64,000 bases of DNA from Nanobdellota archaeon (GTDB taxonomy: Archaea > Nanobdellota > Nanobdellia > Woesearchaeales > JACQSR01): positions 23,880 to 87,879 of the forward strand of contig JBHPEA010000001.1 of NCBI GenBank assembly GCA_042577505.1, written 5' to 3'. Position 1 is the stretch's first letter. Each line of letters opens with the position of its first letter. Of this stretch, positions 28,495 through 38,397 are shown one piece after another. The translations under genes and the position numbers were made by a program. The notes below the pieces were generated by a model. That model was not told the DNA's origin. It searched no databases and worked only from the letters and a program-made list of their open reading frames with translations.

Positions 28495-29463
28495 TTAAGT
28501 TTCTATTGCCTCGAGTATTTTAATATTTCTAAAATCTGATGTTTTATAACCATATTCTAGCTTAACTGTTAATGGTGTGATATAGGCCTCATCTGTTCCA
28601 GCAGAGGCATGTGAAAATGTACATATTATATTTCCTTGCCCATTGTACAACTCTATAGGATCTCCAAGAGGTGGTCTGCAACTATCAACTGTACGACCAC
28701 CAACTTGTACATCTTCAACATAAACCTTGTTAATCTCTCTCCAATCATAACCTTCATTAGGATTATCAGATACTAAAGCTCGATCAATAACAACACCACT
28801 TCCTAAATTTTGAATATCAATTTTAAACGATGTTTGAGCACTTGTAACTGTTTCTTCAACATTCGTAACGCCAACTGGCCCCCCTTGTGGAGCAACACTA
28901 TAACTCTTCCTAAAATTAGACAAACTACATACTTTATCTCTAACCTCAACACTTCTTGGTTGAGTATCAATACATATTTCCTCTGAAGCAGTTGATCTAT
29001 ATTTGTAAGTTAATGAAAATATTAATCTTGGATCATAAACTGCAGTACCATCAGGTAAATCACCGATGCTTATTATCAAAGACTCAATTGTACGACCACC
29101 TTGAAGATTGTAAGCGCTTTTCCCCTCTAATTCTTCAGGATCCAAAGCTTTTCTGATATCTCCACCATCAAAAGTTGCTTGCATTATTGAAGACTCGTAT
29201 CCACCAACCCAAATAAATGCTTCTAAATCACCAAGCTCTTCAAATTGAGGAAAAGCACCATAATTTTCAATTTGGACTGGTATTCTTATATCGTCATCAT
29301 TCTCATAAACTTGACTTGGGAATCCATCAAGAAAAGTCACTTCTAACGCTCTAGAACCAGTACGGTATTCAATAACAGAGGGCTCATCCCCTCCACCATC
29401 ACAACCTACTAAAACACTCAATACTACTAATACTATACAAATACACACTCTTTTTTGGTTCAT
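28495..29463 (-). CDS. Putative lipoprotein, paralog family A
   Basis: 'LVGC'; 'YKYRSTASEEICIDT', 'GGPVGV', 'LEYGY'. Confidence 0.75.
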   Translation of the reverse strand: MNQKRVCICIVLVVLSVLVGCDGGGDEPSVIEYRTGSRALEVTFLDGFPSQVYENDDDIRIPVQIENYGAFPQFEELGDLEAFIWVGGYESSIMQATFDGGDIRKALDPEELEGKSAYNLQGGRTIESLIISIGDLPDGTAVYDPRLIFSLTYKYRSTASEEICIDTQPRSVEVRDKVCSLSNFRKSYSVAPQGGPVGVTNVEETVTSAQTSFKIDIQNLGSGVVIDRALVSDNPNEGYDWREINKVYVEDVQVGGRTVDSCRPPLGDPIELYNGQGNIICTFSHASAGTDEAYITPLTVKLEYGYKTSDFRNIKILEAIET

Positions 29464-29499
29464 TTATATACCCTTCCTATTTACCTCTTATAAATTTTT

Positions 29500-30471
29500 C
29501 TATCTTCCGAGCTTTTTTATTGTAATATCATGATTTATTGTAGTTCTATACGAATAATCTAACCTAATATTCAAAGGCACCGTATAGGAACCCCCTTCAA
29601 TATTAAATCCTTCTTCTAAAGTACAAATTGCAAATTTTTCTTTAGATTCCATATCTACTAAGAATGTCTTTTCATCACTCTCAATATCACAATCCAACTC
29701 CTTCCCATCAGGAAGGGATGCAGTGACTAAAACTTTGTTTAAATCATCCTCATTATATTTCCCATAACAAACATCATTTGCTTTTTCTGGAGCAAAAACA
29801 TCACCACTTCCAAAATTATCAATGTGTATAATAAACTGTGGTTGAACTCTTCTTTCATCTGTAGTTGGAAGCATCTCAACTTCAACTCTCTTAACACCAA
29901 CAGGCCCACCCTGACCACCAGATAACGAAACGTCAGAAGCTTCGCATGCCCTAGTACCACCTTCCCTTAAACCAAGAGGATCAGTATCGATACATACATT
30001 TGGCGATGCAATTGTATGATAAGGATAACAAACAGAAACAGATAAACTACTATCTTGCTCTTCAAGTGAAAGTATCTTGGGAGTTTCAATTTTTAATCCA
30101 AATGAATCATGTTCACCTTGAATATTCAAAGTGTTCCTCCCAAACAATTGAAAAGAAATATGTGACTCATCTAATTTATTGAAAGAACTAGGTTCTCCAA
30201 ATCTAGGTTCTTCCCTTACAATCATATGGGTATCATCTAGATTAATTAAGATATATCCATCCTCAACATCGTAAGCCCCTTTATTCCATACATCAAGGTT
30301 CATGAAAAAATATCTTCCAACATAAGATTCTTCTGGAGGTTTATTTTCTTGAAATGAAATTTCCATCCCAGTCGTACCTTTGTATACATCCTCACTTGTT
30401 ACAGACGGACCATTATCTTCACATCCAACAACAAAAATAAAAATCACCAGTAAGAAAAAAATTCTTTTCAT
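29500..30471 (-). CDS. Putative lipoprotein, paralog family A
   Basis: 'VVGC'; 'VCYPYHTIASPNVCIDT', 'GGPVGV', 'LDYSY'. Confidence 0.75.
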   Translation of the reverse strand: MKRIFFLLVIFIFVVGCEDNGPSVTSEDVYKGTTGMEISFQENKPPEESYVGRYFFMNLDVWNKGAYDVEDGYILINLDDTHMIVREEPRFGEPSSFNKLDESHISFQLFGRNTLNIQGEHDSFGLKIETPKILSLEEQDSSLSVSVCYPYHTIASPNVCIDTDPLGLREGGTRACEASDVSLSGGQGGPVGVKRVEVEMLPTTDERRVQPQFIIHIDNFGSGDVFAPEKANDVCYGKYNEDDLNKVLVTASLPDGKELDCDIESDEKTFLVDMESKEKFAICTLEEGFNIEGGSYTVPLNIRLDYSYRTTINHDITIKKLGR

Positions 30472-33029
30472 GTTAATGCAGCCTCCCCTTCAGGTGCTAA
30501 AGGTTTTGGTCTAAAAGTAAATCTTTTTTGAACAGTTTTTCCATCCATATTCCTAAAATTAGAATTATCGTTAGGTATAGCAACTATTGTAACCTGATCC
30601 TTTGCAAAAGCTCTATCGGCAGGAAAAATAATCTCACATTCATTTTCACATTCTATAAATTCTTGATTGGTAGAATAATCCCCTTCATACCAATATCTTA
30701 CTTTAACTGAATCTTCAGGATCTTTATCTTCGACTTTGAATTTTATTATCACTTCTTGTTCCTCAACTGCTTCGCCAACTTCTATCTCAAGTTCTGGTGG
30801 AGAATTTCCCACTAAAACTGTATCAGATCCCTCTTGCATACTATATTCTGTGGCACCATCTTCTACTAAAGAAGCAGCGGCTTCCCTCACAAGTCCAAAA
30901 TCCAATGTACCTTTAGCTTCACAAGTAACCCTTGTTCCACGAGGTTGCTCTGGTATATTCAAATACCAAAAATCTTTTTTATCATCCAAAATAGGATTCT
31001 CAATATTTAATTCACCATCATCAATCTTATATCCCATTTCAATTTGTGAGATTCTGAATTGACTGTGACTTGCCGAACATTTCAATCTATCGCTACTTAT
31101 TGGTTTGTCAGGAGTTAGATCCACATAGAATCCATCTGGTCTCTTAATTGATGCATGACCTGTAGCTTCTAAAGTATAATCGTAATAAACATTAGTCCTA
31201 ATAAATAATCCCTGAGACGTTTTACCCTTCAAAATGTTATCAGGATCTCCACCTGACACCCTTAACAGACAAGTTATGTCTTTATACGTTTTAAGATCTT
31301 TTAAGTTTCTCAATTCTTGATCAGTTAGTTTATATGGAGAATATTCTACTTCTAAATCCTCATCCAATAGTGCCACCTCGTCAGCCTCGACAGTTGTTTC
31401 TTCAAATTTATCACAATTGTCATTAAATGTCAATCCATCTGGTAAGAAAACAATCACCTTCTCAATCTCATTTGCTTGCCCTTTCCATTTATTTGTTAAT
31501 CTTAAAGTCCAATCTATCAAAGTGTCTTCATCTGTTTTCATTCCAACCAAAGGTGTTTTGGTACTCATACCAATAGAAATAGATCCATTGGACGAATGAG
31601 ATCTAGGTTTCTTTTCAGTGATACCAATATTCCTTAGATTAGAATCATCAGTAGCCTTTTTTACTTCGTCATTAAGGAACCAGAGTTTGAGAAATCCCCA
31701 TGTCTTAAAATTAAATCGAGCATTGAAAGTTATCTTCCTTACACCCTGATCAAGTTTTCCACCTTCAAACTTACAATTAACTAACTTCTGATCTTCCTTT
31801 TGAACAAGAACATCAATATCATTTATCTCAGCTAACTCGCCATCTTCTTCATAATAATCTGTTGTAATTTCTCCTTCAACAACATCACGTGGCTCTTTAT
31901 TTTGTGCTGAACAATACAAATTAATCTTAATCGCTTCTTCATCATCTGGTAAATAATCATCAGGATTGGAAGGTATATTTATTGCTGACAATGTTCCAGA
32001 CATCTCAACATCTTGATTCGGTGCAAACTCAGAACTCGAGGGCTGTAGGCCCCCTAAGGAAACCCCTAAAGGAGCTTCCTCCACCTCAGTAACAATCTCA
32101 TTATAATATCCACCTGACCCCTGTACTAAAATACCAGTAACCATTTGGTCAAAACTAATTTTCATATTAGCTACAGAAGCTTTCCATGCTTCCCACCCAT
32201 CATCAAAACTATAATCTGGTCTATATGCATCAAATACTTGTGGAAGACCAGATGCCTGAGCAGAATTAAAAATAAAAGGTATAGCTAATGCAACAATTAC
32301 CACAACATAAAGAGCTCCAATCCTTCTTTTCCATTTATCATCAAAGGGCCCTTTTTCTAGGAAGAAAATCCAACCAGCAGGCATAGCGAACGTTAATATT
32401 AACGATGGCATGTGTCCATTTAATTGAAATGTTTTTTGTAGCAAACCAAGTCCATAAGGTAGTAAAAATGCAAAAGCCCAGAGAAAAAACAATTCTTCCA
32501 TTACCCCTTTTTTTTGGGAACCGTCAAAATATCTACCTACCAACAAATAAGTAAATAGGCACACAAGAAAATACATTAAAGCTCTGAACAATGGAGCAAT
32601 AAGCGAAAAACCCATGCTCCAATCTAAGGCATATGCAGATCCAGCGATAAAAACAAAAAAGAGTGTAGGAGCATTACCTTCGGCTTTTGAACCTTTATCA
32701 AGTTGTTTCTTCTGCAGATCCAATTGGCTTTTTCTGTATGCAGCTTCGTCAGCCATGGCTTTTTCTTGAAGCCCTAACTGAGCTTTCATCATTTCATTAG
32801 GATCTGGAGGTTGTTGTGCGCCTTCTCCTCCCTCAGCTCCTTGGGGGGCCTGCCCATCCTCAGAAGGTTTTTCTCCACCACCTTGTTGACCACCAGTTTC
32901 TCTCTCTAAACCTCTTTGAGCTTCTTCCCTTAGCTTTGCTTCATCAGGTGGTGTGTTTTGATTACTCATTCTTGCAGCCCTTCTTCTCCTTTGACTCTTA
33001 ATATCCATAGCTGAATCATCATCTGTCAT
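30468..33029 (-). CDS. Large multi-TM protein with cytoplasmic Q/E/G-rich N-terminus and big extracellular beta-rich region
   Basis: ~5 TM helices at about aa 120-255; acidic Ig-like C-terminal domains; ATGA overlap with the next gene. Confidence 0.75.
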   Translation of the reverse strand: MTDDDSAMDIKSQRRRRAARMSNQNTPPDEAKLREEAQRGLERETGGQQGGGEKPSEDGQAPQGAEGGEGAQQPPDPNEMMKAQLGLQEKAMADEAAYRKSQLDLQKKQLDKGSKAEGNAPTLFFVFIAGSAYALDWSMGFSLIAPLFRALMYFLVCLFTYLLVGRYFDGSQKKGVMEELFFLWAFAFLLPYGLGLLQKTFQLNGHMPSLILTFAMPAGWIFFLEKGPFDDKWKRRIGALYVVVIVALAIPFIFNSAQASGLPQVFDAYRPDYSFDDGWEAWKASVANMKISFDQMVTGILVQGSGGYYNEIVTEVEEAPLGVSLGGLQPSSSEFAPNQDVEMSGTLSAINIPSNPDDYLPDDEEAIKINLYCSAQNKEPRDVVEGEITTDYYEEDGELAEINDIDVLVQKEDQKLVNCKFEGGKLDQGVRKITFNARFNFKTWGFLKLWFLNDEVKKATDDSNLRNIGITEKKPRSHSSNGSISIGMSTKTPLVGMKTDEDTLIDWTLRLTNKWKGQANEIEKVIVFLPDGLTFNDNCDKFEETTVEADEVALLDEDLEVEYSPYKLTDQELRNLKDLKTYKDITCLLRVSGGDPDNILKGKTSQGLFIRTNVYYDYTLEATGHASIKRPDGFYVDLTPDKPISSDRLKCSASHSQFRISQIEMGYKIDDGELNIENPILDDKKDFWYLNIPEQPRGTRVTCEAKGTLDFGLVREAAASLVEDGATEYSMQEGSDTVLVGNSPPELEIEVGEAVEEQEVIIKFKVEDKDPEDSVKVRYWYEGDYSTNQEFIECENECEIIFPADRAFAKDQVTIVAIPNDNSNFRNMDGKTVQKRFTFRPKPLAPEGEAALT

Positions 33030-33058
33030 ATTCCATATAAACCAGAATTCAAAGCCCC

Positions 33059-34246
33059 TTAATCGTCATCTTGTTCTTCGAGGACTACCTTCAGATCAAC
33101 AATATTCAATCGGGTTTTCGGGCGAATCTCTACATAATTATTACCCTCTTCAATCCAAGTGGTAATTCTTCTTTCATAATCAGGCTCATCCTGGTCAACA
33201 TTTGTTAAGTGGTCATTAATATTAAGATCGAGTCTCTTCACTTCATCGTCATCAACAAATCTTAATCTTATGTAAGCTTCTCTTGTTCTGTTGTCAACCT
33301 CTTCAAAAAGAGTTTCATTGACTTCAAAATAATAGATAGGATAAACTTCTTCAGCCAATTCAGTCTTAACCATAACTGAATCGATTAAGTAAGTTCCTTC
33401 TGTTGTAGTAAATTCAAGTGTATTTTCACCACGGTCTATTAAACCAGGACTAAATTCAATTTTGTTTAAAGCGCCACAATCTGGAATTCCACTAAACAAT
33501 TGCCTTCGATTCAACACAACCTGAAGAACTCCTACATCAGATGGTTGACAATCAGGATTGAACCTAAAAGAAGCACTCTCTATATAATCAATTTCCTCTT
33601 GACTGACAAAGAACACTGCTTTACTTGATTCCCTTGCAACATCAGCAATTTCAGCTGTTATTAATAATCCATCAAATTGATATTGATTAGTTGTCCAGAA
33701 TTTCCATCCAACACCAGAAACTGAAAACTCCAACACATTATCTCTTTCTAAATCCTCACCAGCTAAAGTAACTGGTGGAGGAGTTGAAACTTCTAATTCC
33801 CCTTCAAAAATAACATCTCCATTTAACTTTATCATTAAAATTCCCTGAGCTTTTCCAACAGAAAAGGAAAGTAAAACATTCTCAGTTAATTGAGTATCGT
33901 CGATAGTAAACCTAACTTCTTTGGATCTATAATCAAAAATCCCATTCCTAACTTGATAAGGATTTGTTTTCTTTAGAACCTTAGCTCCTGTTGTTCTAAA
34001 CAATGTAAAAGAAGGGATATCATGCTCTACTTCGTCTAAATCACGATCTTCAATAGTACCAACACTCTCCTCAAGTACAGTGATATTTTCATCAGACCTA
34101 CTTGAAGAAGGCTTACCATTATCACCATTTTCTAGTATAGTATCCCTATCTTCTTCAGGGATTGCAAGTATATATAGAAGAATGAGCCCAAACATTATCG
34201 CTACTAGTATAGAAGCGTTTATTGCACCTTGTCCTCTTTTTATCAA
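33059..34246 (-). CDS. Surface protein with class III (pilin-like) signal peptide
   Basis: GGTGA SD then TTG start at 34246; 'KRGQ' + hydrophobic helix; acidic beta-rich body. Confidence 0.7.
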   Translation of the reverse strand: MIKRGQGAINASILVAIMFGLILLYILAIPEEDRDTILENGDNGKPSSSRSDENITVLEESVGTIEDRDLDEVEHDIPSFTLFRTTGAKVLKKTNPYQVRNGIFDYRSKEVRFTIDDTQLTENVLLSFSVGKAQGILMIKLNGDVIFEGELEVSTPPPVTLAGEDLERDNVLEFSVSGVGWKFWTTNQYQFDGLLITAEIADVARESSKAVFFVSQEEIDYIESASFRFNPDCQPSDVGVLQVVLNRRQLFSGIPDCGALNKIEFSPGLIDRGENTLEFTTTEGTYLIDSVMVKTELAEEVYPIYYFEVNETLFEEVDNRTREAYIRLRFVDDDEVKRLDLNINDHLTNVDQDEPDYERRITTWIEEGNNYVEIRPKTRLNIVDLKVVLEEQDDD

Positions 34247-34327
34247 AATCTCACCTATACCTAAATCTATTTTAATTTCATCAATGAATAATTTTATATA
34301 TAAATGTTTTCTTTTTATCCTTAGTAT

Positions 34328-35380
34328 ATGATACAAACCCACACTAATCTAAAAAAAGGCGAAATAAAGTTAAAACCCGAAAATAAGGATGATTTATGGA
34401 TTTTAAGTCAGATTATAGACTCAGAAGACCTAATTAAATCAAGAACATTAAGAAAGATTAAAGTTGGTGGCAAAGATGAAAGATCTGGTTCAGTAGCAAG
34501 AAAACCTATGTTTCTTTCATTAAAAGTCGAAAAAGTTGAATTAGCAGAAAACCTAAGAATCTTAGGCACAGTGACGGAAGGAAATGAAGATGTTCCAAAA
34601 GGTTCGCATCATTCTTTCAACATCGAGGAAAATGACATATTAACCATCATCAAACCAAAATGGCTAAAATTTCAATTAGATAAAGTTAAAGAAGCAACAA
34701 AAACAAAAGTAAGCCCAATATTAATTTGCGTTTTGGATAGGGATGAATGTTACATTGCATTAATGAAGAGAAGAGGTTTTGAAGTAATTGCCCATTTAGA
34801 AGGAAATGTTCAAAAGAAAGATGTTGAAGTTAAATCTGTAAATTTCTACGAGGAGATCATTAAGAAATTAGAAGAAATTGTTGGAAGACAAAGGATAGAT
34901 AATATAATCCTAGCATCACCTGCATTCTGGAAAGAAGATTTAATGAAAAAAATATCCAAAGATGAAATTAAGAAAAAAATCCACTTAGCAACTTGTTCTG
35001 CCGTCGGGAAATCCGCAATAAATGAAGTCTTGAAAAGAAAAGAAATTCAAAATGTAATGAAGGAAGACAGAACAACCCAAGAAATAAATTTGGTAGAACA
35101 TTTATTCGAAGAAATTTCTAAAGATGAAAAAGCAGCTTATGGAACGAAAGAAGTAAATGCTGCATCAGATTCAGGAGCCATTGAAATTCTCTTAGTTACA
35201 GACGGATTAATTAAGAAATCCCGTGAAGATAATAATTATCAAGAGTTAGAAAAGTTGATGAAAAACGTCGATTCTATTAAAGGTGAAGTCCATTTAATTT
35301 CTTCTGACAATGACGGAGGAAAACAATTAGATGGTTTAGGAGGAATTGGAGCAATTCTAAGGTTTAAGATGAATTATTAG
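34328..35380 (+). CDS. pelA: mRNA surveillance protein Pelota
   Basis: 'PENKDDLWILSQII', 'LRILG', 'HHSFNI', 'AAYG', 'GKQLDGLGGIGAILRF'. Confidence 0.95.
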   Translation: MIQTHTNLKKGEIKLKPENKDDLWILSQIIDSEDLIKSRTLRKIKVGGKDERSGSVARKPMFLSLKVEKVELAENLRILGTVTEGNEDVPKGSHHSFNIEENDILTIIKPKWLKFQLDKVKEATKTKVSPILICVLDRDECYIALMKRRGFEVIAHLEGNVQKKDVEVKSVNFYEEIIKKLEEIVGRQRIDNIILASPAFWKEDLMKKISKDEIKKKIHLATCSAVGKSAINEVLKRKEIQNVMKEDRTTQEINLVEHLFEEISKDEKAAYGTKEVNAASDSGAIEILLVTDGLIKKSREDNNYQELEKLMKNVDSIKGEVHLISSDNDGGKQLDGLGGIGAILRFKMNY

Positions 35381-35798
35381 GTTTTCGACCTTCATCTCCC
35401 AATATATACTGCCACCCTTTCACCAACTTACCTGATTTTTGAACCAGTTTAAAATTACCATTTTCTTGAAGAACAGTATCATAAACATTGTATCGCAATT
35501 CATCATCATTGAATCTTCTTTTTACTTTTCTTACAGTATCTCCTTTTCGCGCAGTGTATATCCTCCTTGCAATAAAATTCTCCATACCCTCAGCATAAAG
35601 TAAATTTTTTCGATCATTACAAGACAGCCTATCAGATAAATCAGGCTTAGTAGTATCACATTGGGGGACAGTCTCTTTACTTACAAAATGTTTCTCAATT
35701 GAATCACACGTTGGAGTCATAAACATCAACGAAAGCGTATAAACTGCAGCCCTATATAACCTACCTACCAAACTTTGTTGAGTTTTATATTCCATCAC
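35364..35798 (-). CDS. Membrane-anchored protein with LysM-like domain
   Basis: N-terminal hydrophobic segment; 'YTARKGDTVRKVKRRF...LVKGWQYIL'. Confidence 0.5.
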   Translation of the reverse strand: MMEYKTQQSLVGRLYRAAVYTLSLMFMTPTCDSIEKHFVSKETVPQCDTTKPDLSDRLSCNDRKNLLYAEGMENFIARRIYTARKGDTVRKVKRRFNDDELRYNVYDTVLQENGNFKLVQKSGKLVKGWQYILGDEGRKPNNSS

Positions 35799-35970
35799 GA
35801 CGAGACACTCAGGGTTTTATTTAAGTATTATCATTATTTATTTTCTATATAGAAAATAAATAACTAACCATAATCTTTTTAAATAAACCTTTGTTTTTGA
35901 GAATAAAAGCCCGAGTCTAGTATTAGGCGCGATTAGGGTTCTCTTAGAGAATTCTTTGGCTATATAAAAC

Positions 35971-36459
35971 ATGGCAGAACAAAAACAAGAAGATAAGGAT
36001 TTTAAGTATCTCGTTAGAATTGCTAATACAGATCTCGATGGTAATAAACCAATAGTGGTTGCGCTCCAAAAGATCAAAGGTATCGGTTACATGATGGCTA
36101 ACGCTGCATGTTCCATTTCTGAAATCAAACTCAACCAACAAACTGGAAAGTTAAGTGACAGAGAAATTGAAAAACTAAACACCTTCGTTAGCGATCCATT
36201 AAAGAGCAATATTCCAAAATGGCTTATCAACAGAAGAAATGATGTTGAAACAGGAGAAGATAAGCATCTAATTTTATCAGATCTTCAATTCACAAATGAA
36301 AACGACATTAAAAATATGAAGAAAATAAAATGCTACAAAGGTGTAAGACATATTCACGGTCTACCAGCAAGAGGCCAAAAAACAAAATCAAATTTCAGAA
36401 AGAATAAAGGAAAAGCAATGGGAGTTAAGAGACCAGCCAAGAAAGGCGGTAAGAAATAA
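35971..36459 (+). CDS. rps13: 30S ribosomal protein S13
   Basis: 'VRIANTDLDG', 'IKGIG', 'YKGVRHIHGLPARGQKTK'. Confidence 0.97.
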   Translation: MAEQKQEDKDFKYLVRIANTDLDGNKPIVVALQKIKGIGYMMANAACSISEIKLNQQTGKLSDREIEKLNTFVSDPLKSNIPKWLINRRNDVETGEDKHLILSDLQFTNENDIKNMKKIKCYKGVRHIHGLPARGQKTKSNFRKNKGKAMGVKRPAKKGGKK

Positions 36460-36472
36460 ACTCTAGATTAAA

Positions 36473-37108
36473 ATGGGAGATCCAAGAAAACAACGGAAAA
36501 AGTACACGACGCCAAAACATCCTTGGCAAAAAACAAGGATCGACACAGAGAGAGAACTAATCAAAAGTTACGGTCTTAAAAACAAAAAAGAAATCTGGAA
36601 AATGAACTCCCTGCTCAAAAAATTCTCACGTCAAGCTAAAAGTTTTGTAACGTTAACCTCAGCTCAAGCAGAAAAAGAAAGAGCAAGTCTGTTAAAAAAA
36701 GTCAAGGATTTAGGGCTTCTAGGAGAAGAGGCAAAAATGGACGATATTCTTACGTTAAGTATACACGATATCATGAATAGAAGACTTCAATCTGTAGTTG
36801 TAAAAAAGAACCTAGCAAGGACTATGGGACAGGCAAGACAATTTATTACTCACGAACACATTTTAATCGGAGACAAAAAAATCAGTTCTCCATCATACAT
36901 TGTTTCTGTTCAAGAAGAACAATTAATCAACTTCTATGGTTATTCAAAATTACTAAGCCCAGAACATCCAGAACGTTCTGTTGAACCTAAGAAGGAAAAA
37001 CCAAAGAAACACATAACTAGGAGAAGGGAGACAAAATATGCCAAGACCAACACAAAGGCCCACACAAAGGCCCACACAAAGACCAACACAAAGACCAATG
37101 CCAAATAG
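36473..37108 (+). CDS. rps4: 30S ribosomal protein S4
   Basis: '[18 protein letters not shown]', '[10 protein letters not shown]', 'RRLQ', 'QARQFITH'. Confidence 0.97.
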   Translation: MGDPRKQRKKYTTPKHPWQKTRIDTERELIKSYGLKNKKEIWKMNSLLKKFSRQAKSFVTLTSAQAEKERASLLKKVKDLGLLGEEAKMDDILTLSIHDIMNRRLQSVVVKKNLARTMGQARQFITHEHILIGDKKISSPSYIVSVQEEQLINFYGYSKLLSPEHPERSVEPKKEKPKKHITRRRETKYAKTNTKAHTKAHTKTNTKTNAK

Positions 37109-37502
37109 GGGAAGAGAAGGCAGATGGGGAATGGCCCACATTTACACATCTTATAATAATACTATTATCCATATTACAGATATTTCAGGATCAGAAACAA
37201 TTACAATTACATCAGGTGGACAAATGGTAAAAAGTGATAGAATGGAAAGTTCACCTACAGCTGCAATGATGGCGGCAAAGAAAGCTGCAGAAGTTGCAAG
37301 AGACCAAGGAATTCAAGGATTGCATGTTAAGATCAAAGCTCCTGGTGGACATAACGGTCCAATGAACCCAGGACAGGGAGCTCAAGCAGCAATTAGGGCA
37401 TTATCAAGAATGGGAATTAGAATAGGTATAATTGAAGATGTCACCCCAATTCCACACGATGGTTGCAGAAAAAAAGGTGGAAAGAGGGGTAGGAGGGTAT
37501 GA
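37038..37502 (+). CDS. rps11: 30S ribosomal protein S11
   Basis: '[19 protein letters not shown]', 'GAQAAIRAL', '[11 protein letters not shown]'. Confidence 0.97.
   Translation: MPRPTQRPTQRPTQRPTQRPMPNRGREGRWGMAHIYTSYNNTIIHITDISGSETITITSGGQMVKSDRMESSPTAAMMAAKKAAEVARDQGIQGLHVKIKAPGGHNGPMNPGQGAQAAIRALSRMGIRIGIIEDVTPIPHDGCRKKGGKRGRRV
37044..37097 (+). repeat. 12-bp tandem repeat (~4.5 units) in the rps4/rps11 overlap
   Basis: agaccaacacaa / aggcccacacaa units. Confidence 0.9.
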
Positions 37503-38290
37503 TGGAAGCCAAACTGTTAGAAAAAGGAAAAGAAAAATCTTCAGTTATTTTTAAGGATGTCAAACCCGCTTTTCTAAATACAATTAGAAGATTAATCGAG
37601 GAAGAAGTTACATCAATGGCAATCGAAGATGTTGAAATCAGACAAAACACCTCAATACTTTATGATGAAATGCTTGGTCATAGATTGGGATTAGTCCCTT
37701 TAACTACCGATCTAAAATCTTACAACCTTCCAGAAGAATGCAAATGCGAAGGAAAAGGTTGTGCAAGATGCCAAGTAAAAATGACTTTGGAAGGAAAAGG
37801 ACCTGGCATTGTTTACTCAGGAGATATCAAAAGCAAAGACTCAGCAATAAAACCAGTTCATAATAAAATCCCTATCGTTCAATTACTCAAAGGACAGTCA
37901 ATAGAATTAGAAGCAACAGCAGTATTAGGCAAAGGTAAAACACATTCAAAATGGATTCCAGCAATTGTATATTACAAACACAAACCATTAATCACAATTA
38001 GCAATAAATGCGATGAATCTTACTCTAAATGTGTTGAAGTTTGCCCTACAAAAACATTAGAAATGTCTAATAAAAAAGTTTCAGTTTCAAAAGACCACTT
38101 ATTAGATTGCCATCTTTGCGGAGCTTGTGTTGAAGCGAGTAATGGAGAAATTACAGTAGAGCCAGACAAAGAGATCATCTTCACAATAGAACCATTTGGA
38201 CAATTGGATAATAAAAAAATTATGCAAGAAGCAATCAAGAAATTTCAAGATATGCTCAATGATTTTACTAAGTCATTGAAAGAGGCCTAA
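37499..38290 (+). CDS. rpoD: RNA polymerase subunit D (Rpo3) with ferredoxin-like insert
   Basis: 'NTIRR', '[14 protein letters not shown]', 'HSKW', 'CVEVCP...CHLCGAC'. Confidence 0.96.
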   Translation: MMEAKLLEKGKEKSSVIFKDVKPAFLNTIRRLIEEEVTSMAIEDVEIRQNTSILYDEMLGHRLGLVPLTTDLKSYNLPEECKCEGKGCARCQVKMTLEGKGPGIVYSGDIKSKDSAIKPVHNKIPIVQLLKGQSIELEATAVLGKGKTHSKWIPAIVYYKHKPLITISNKCDESYSKCVEVCPTKTLEMSNKKVSVSKDHLLDCHLCGACVEASNGEITVEPDKEIIFTIEPFGQLDNKKIMQEAIKKFQDMLNDFTKSLKEA

Positions 38291-38292
38291 AA

Positions 38293-38390
38293 GCGGGGAT
38301 GGCAGAGTGGCCAAATGCGCTAGGTTGAGGGCCTAGTTCCTTAGTGGATGCGCGGGTTCGAATTGCGAAACGAAAGTCCCGTTCCCCGCA
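38293..38390 (+). tRNA. tRNA-Leu(GAG) with 14-nt intron in the T-loop (38363-38376)
   Basis: Acceptor GCGGGGA/UCCCCGC + A; anticodon arm CUAGG-UUGAGGG-CCUAG; long variable arm; removing the intron restores GGGUUCGAAUCCC; CCA not encoded. Confidence 0.92.
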
Positions 38391-38397
38391 CTTCAAG

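Noticed and set aside
34247-34342. Upstream extension of ORF 33059-34342 overlapping pelA
   Set aside because: It covers the divergent promoter; the SD and signal peptide support the TTG start at 34246
36940-37149. Antisense ORFs with repeats (VFVWAF / GLCV)
   Set aside because: Reverse-strand readings of the 12-bp tandem repeat
38344-38397. N-terminal extension of ORF 38344-38886 and antisense ORF 38268-38819
   Set aside because: They overlap the tRNA-Leu gene; the ATG at 38398 is the plausible start
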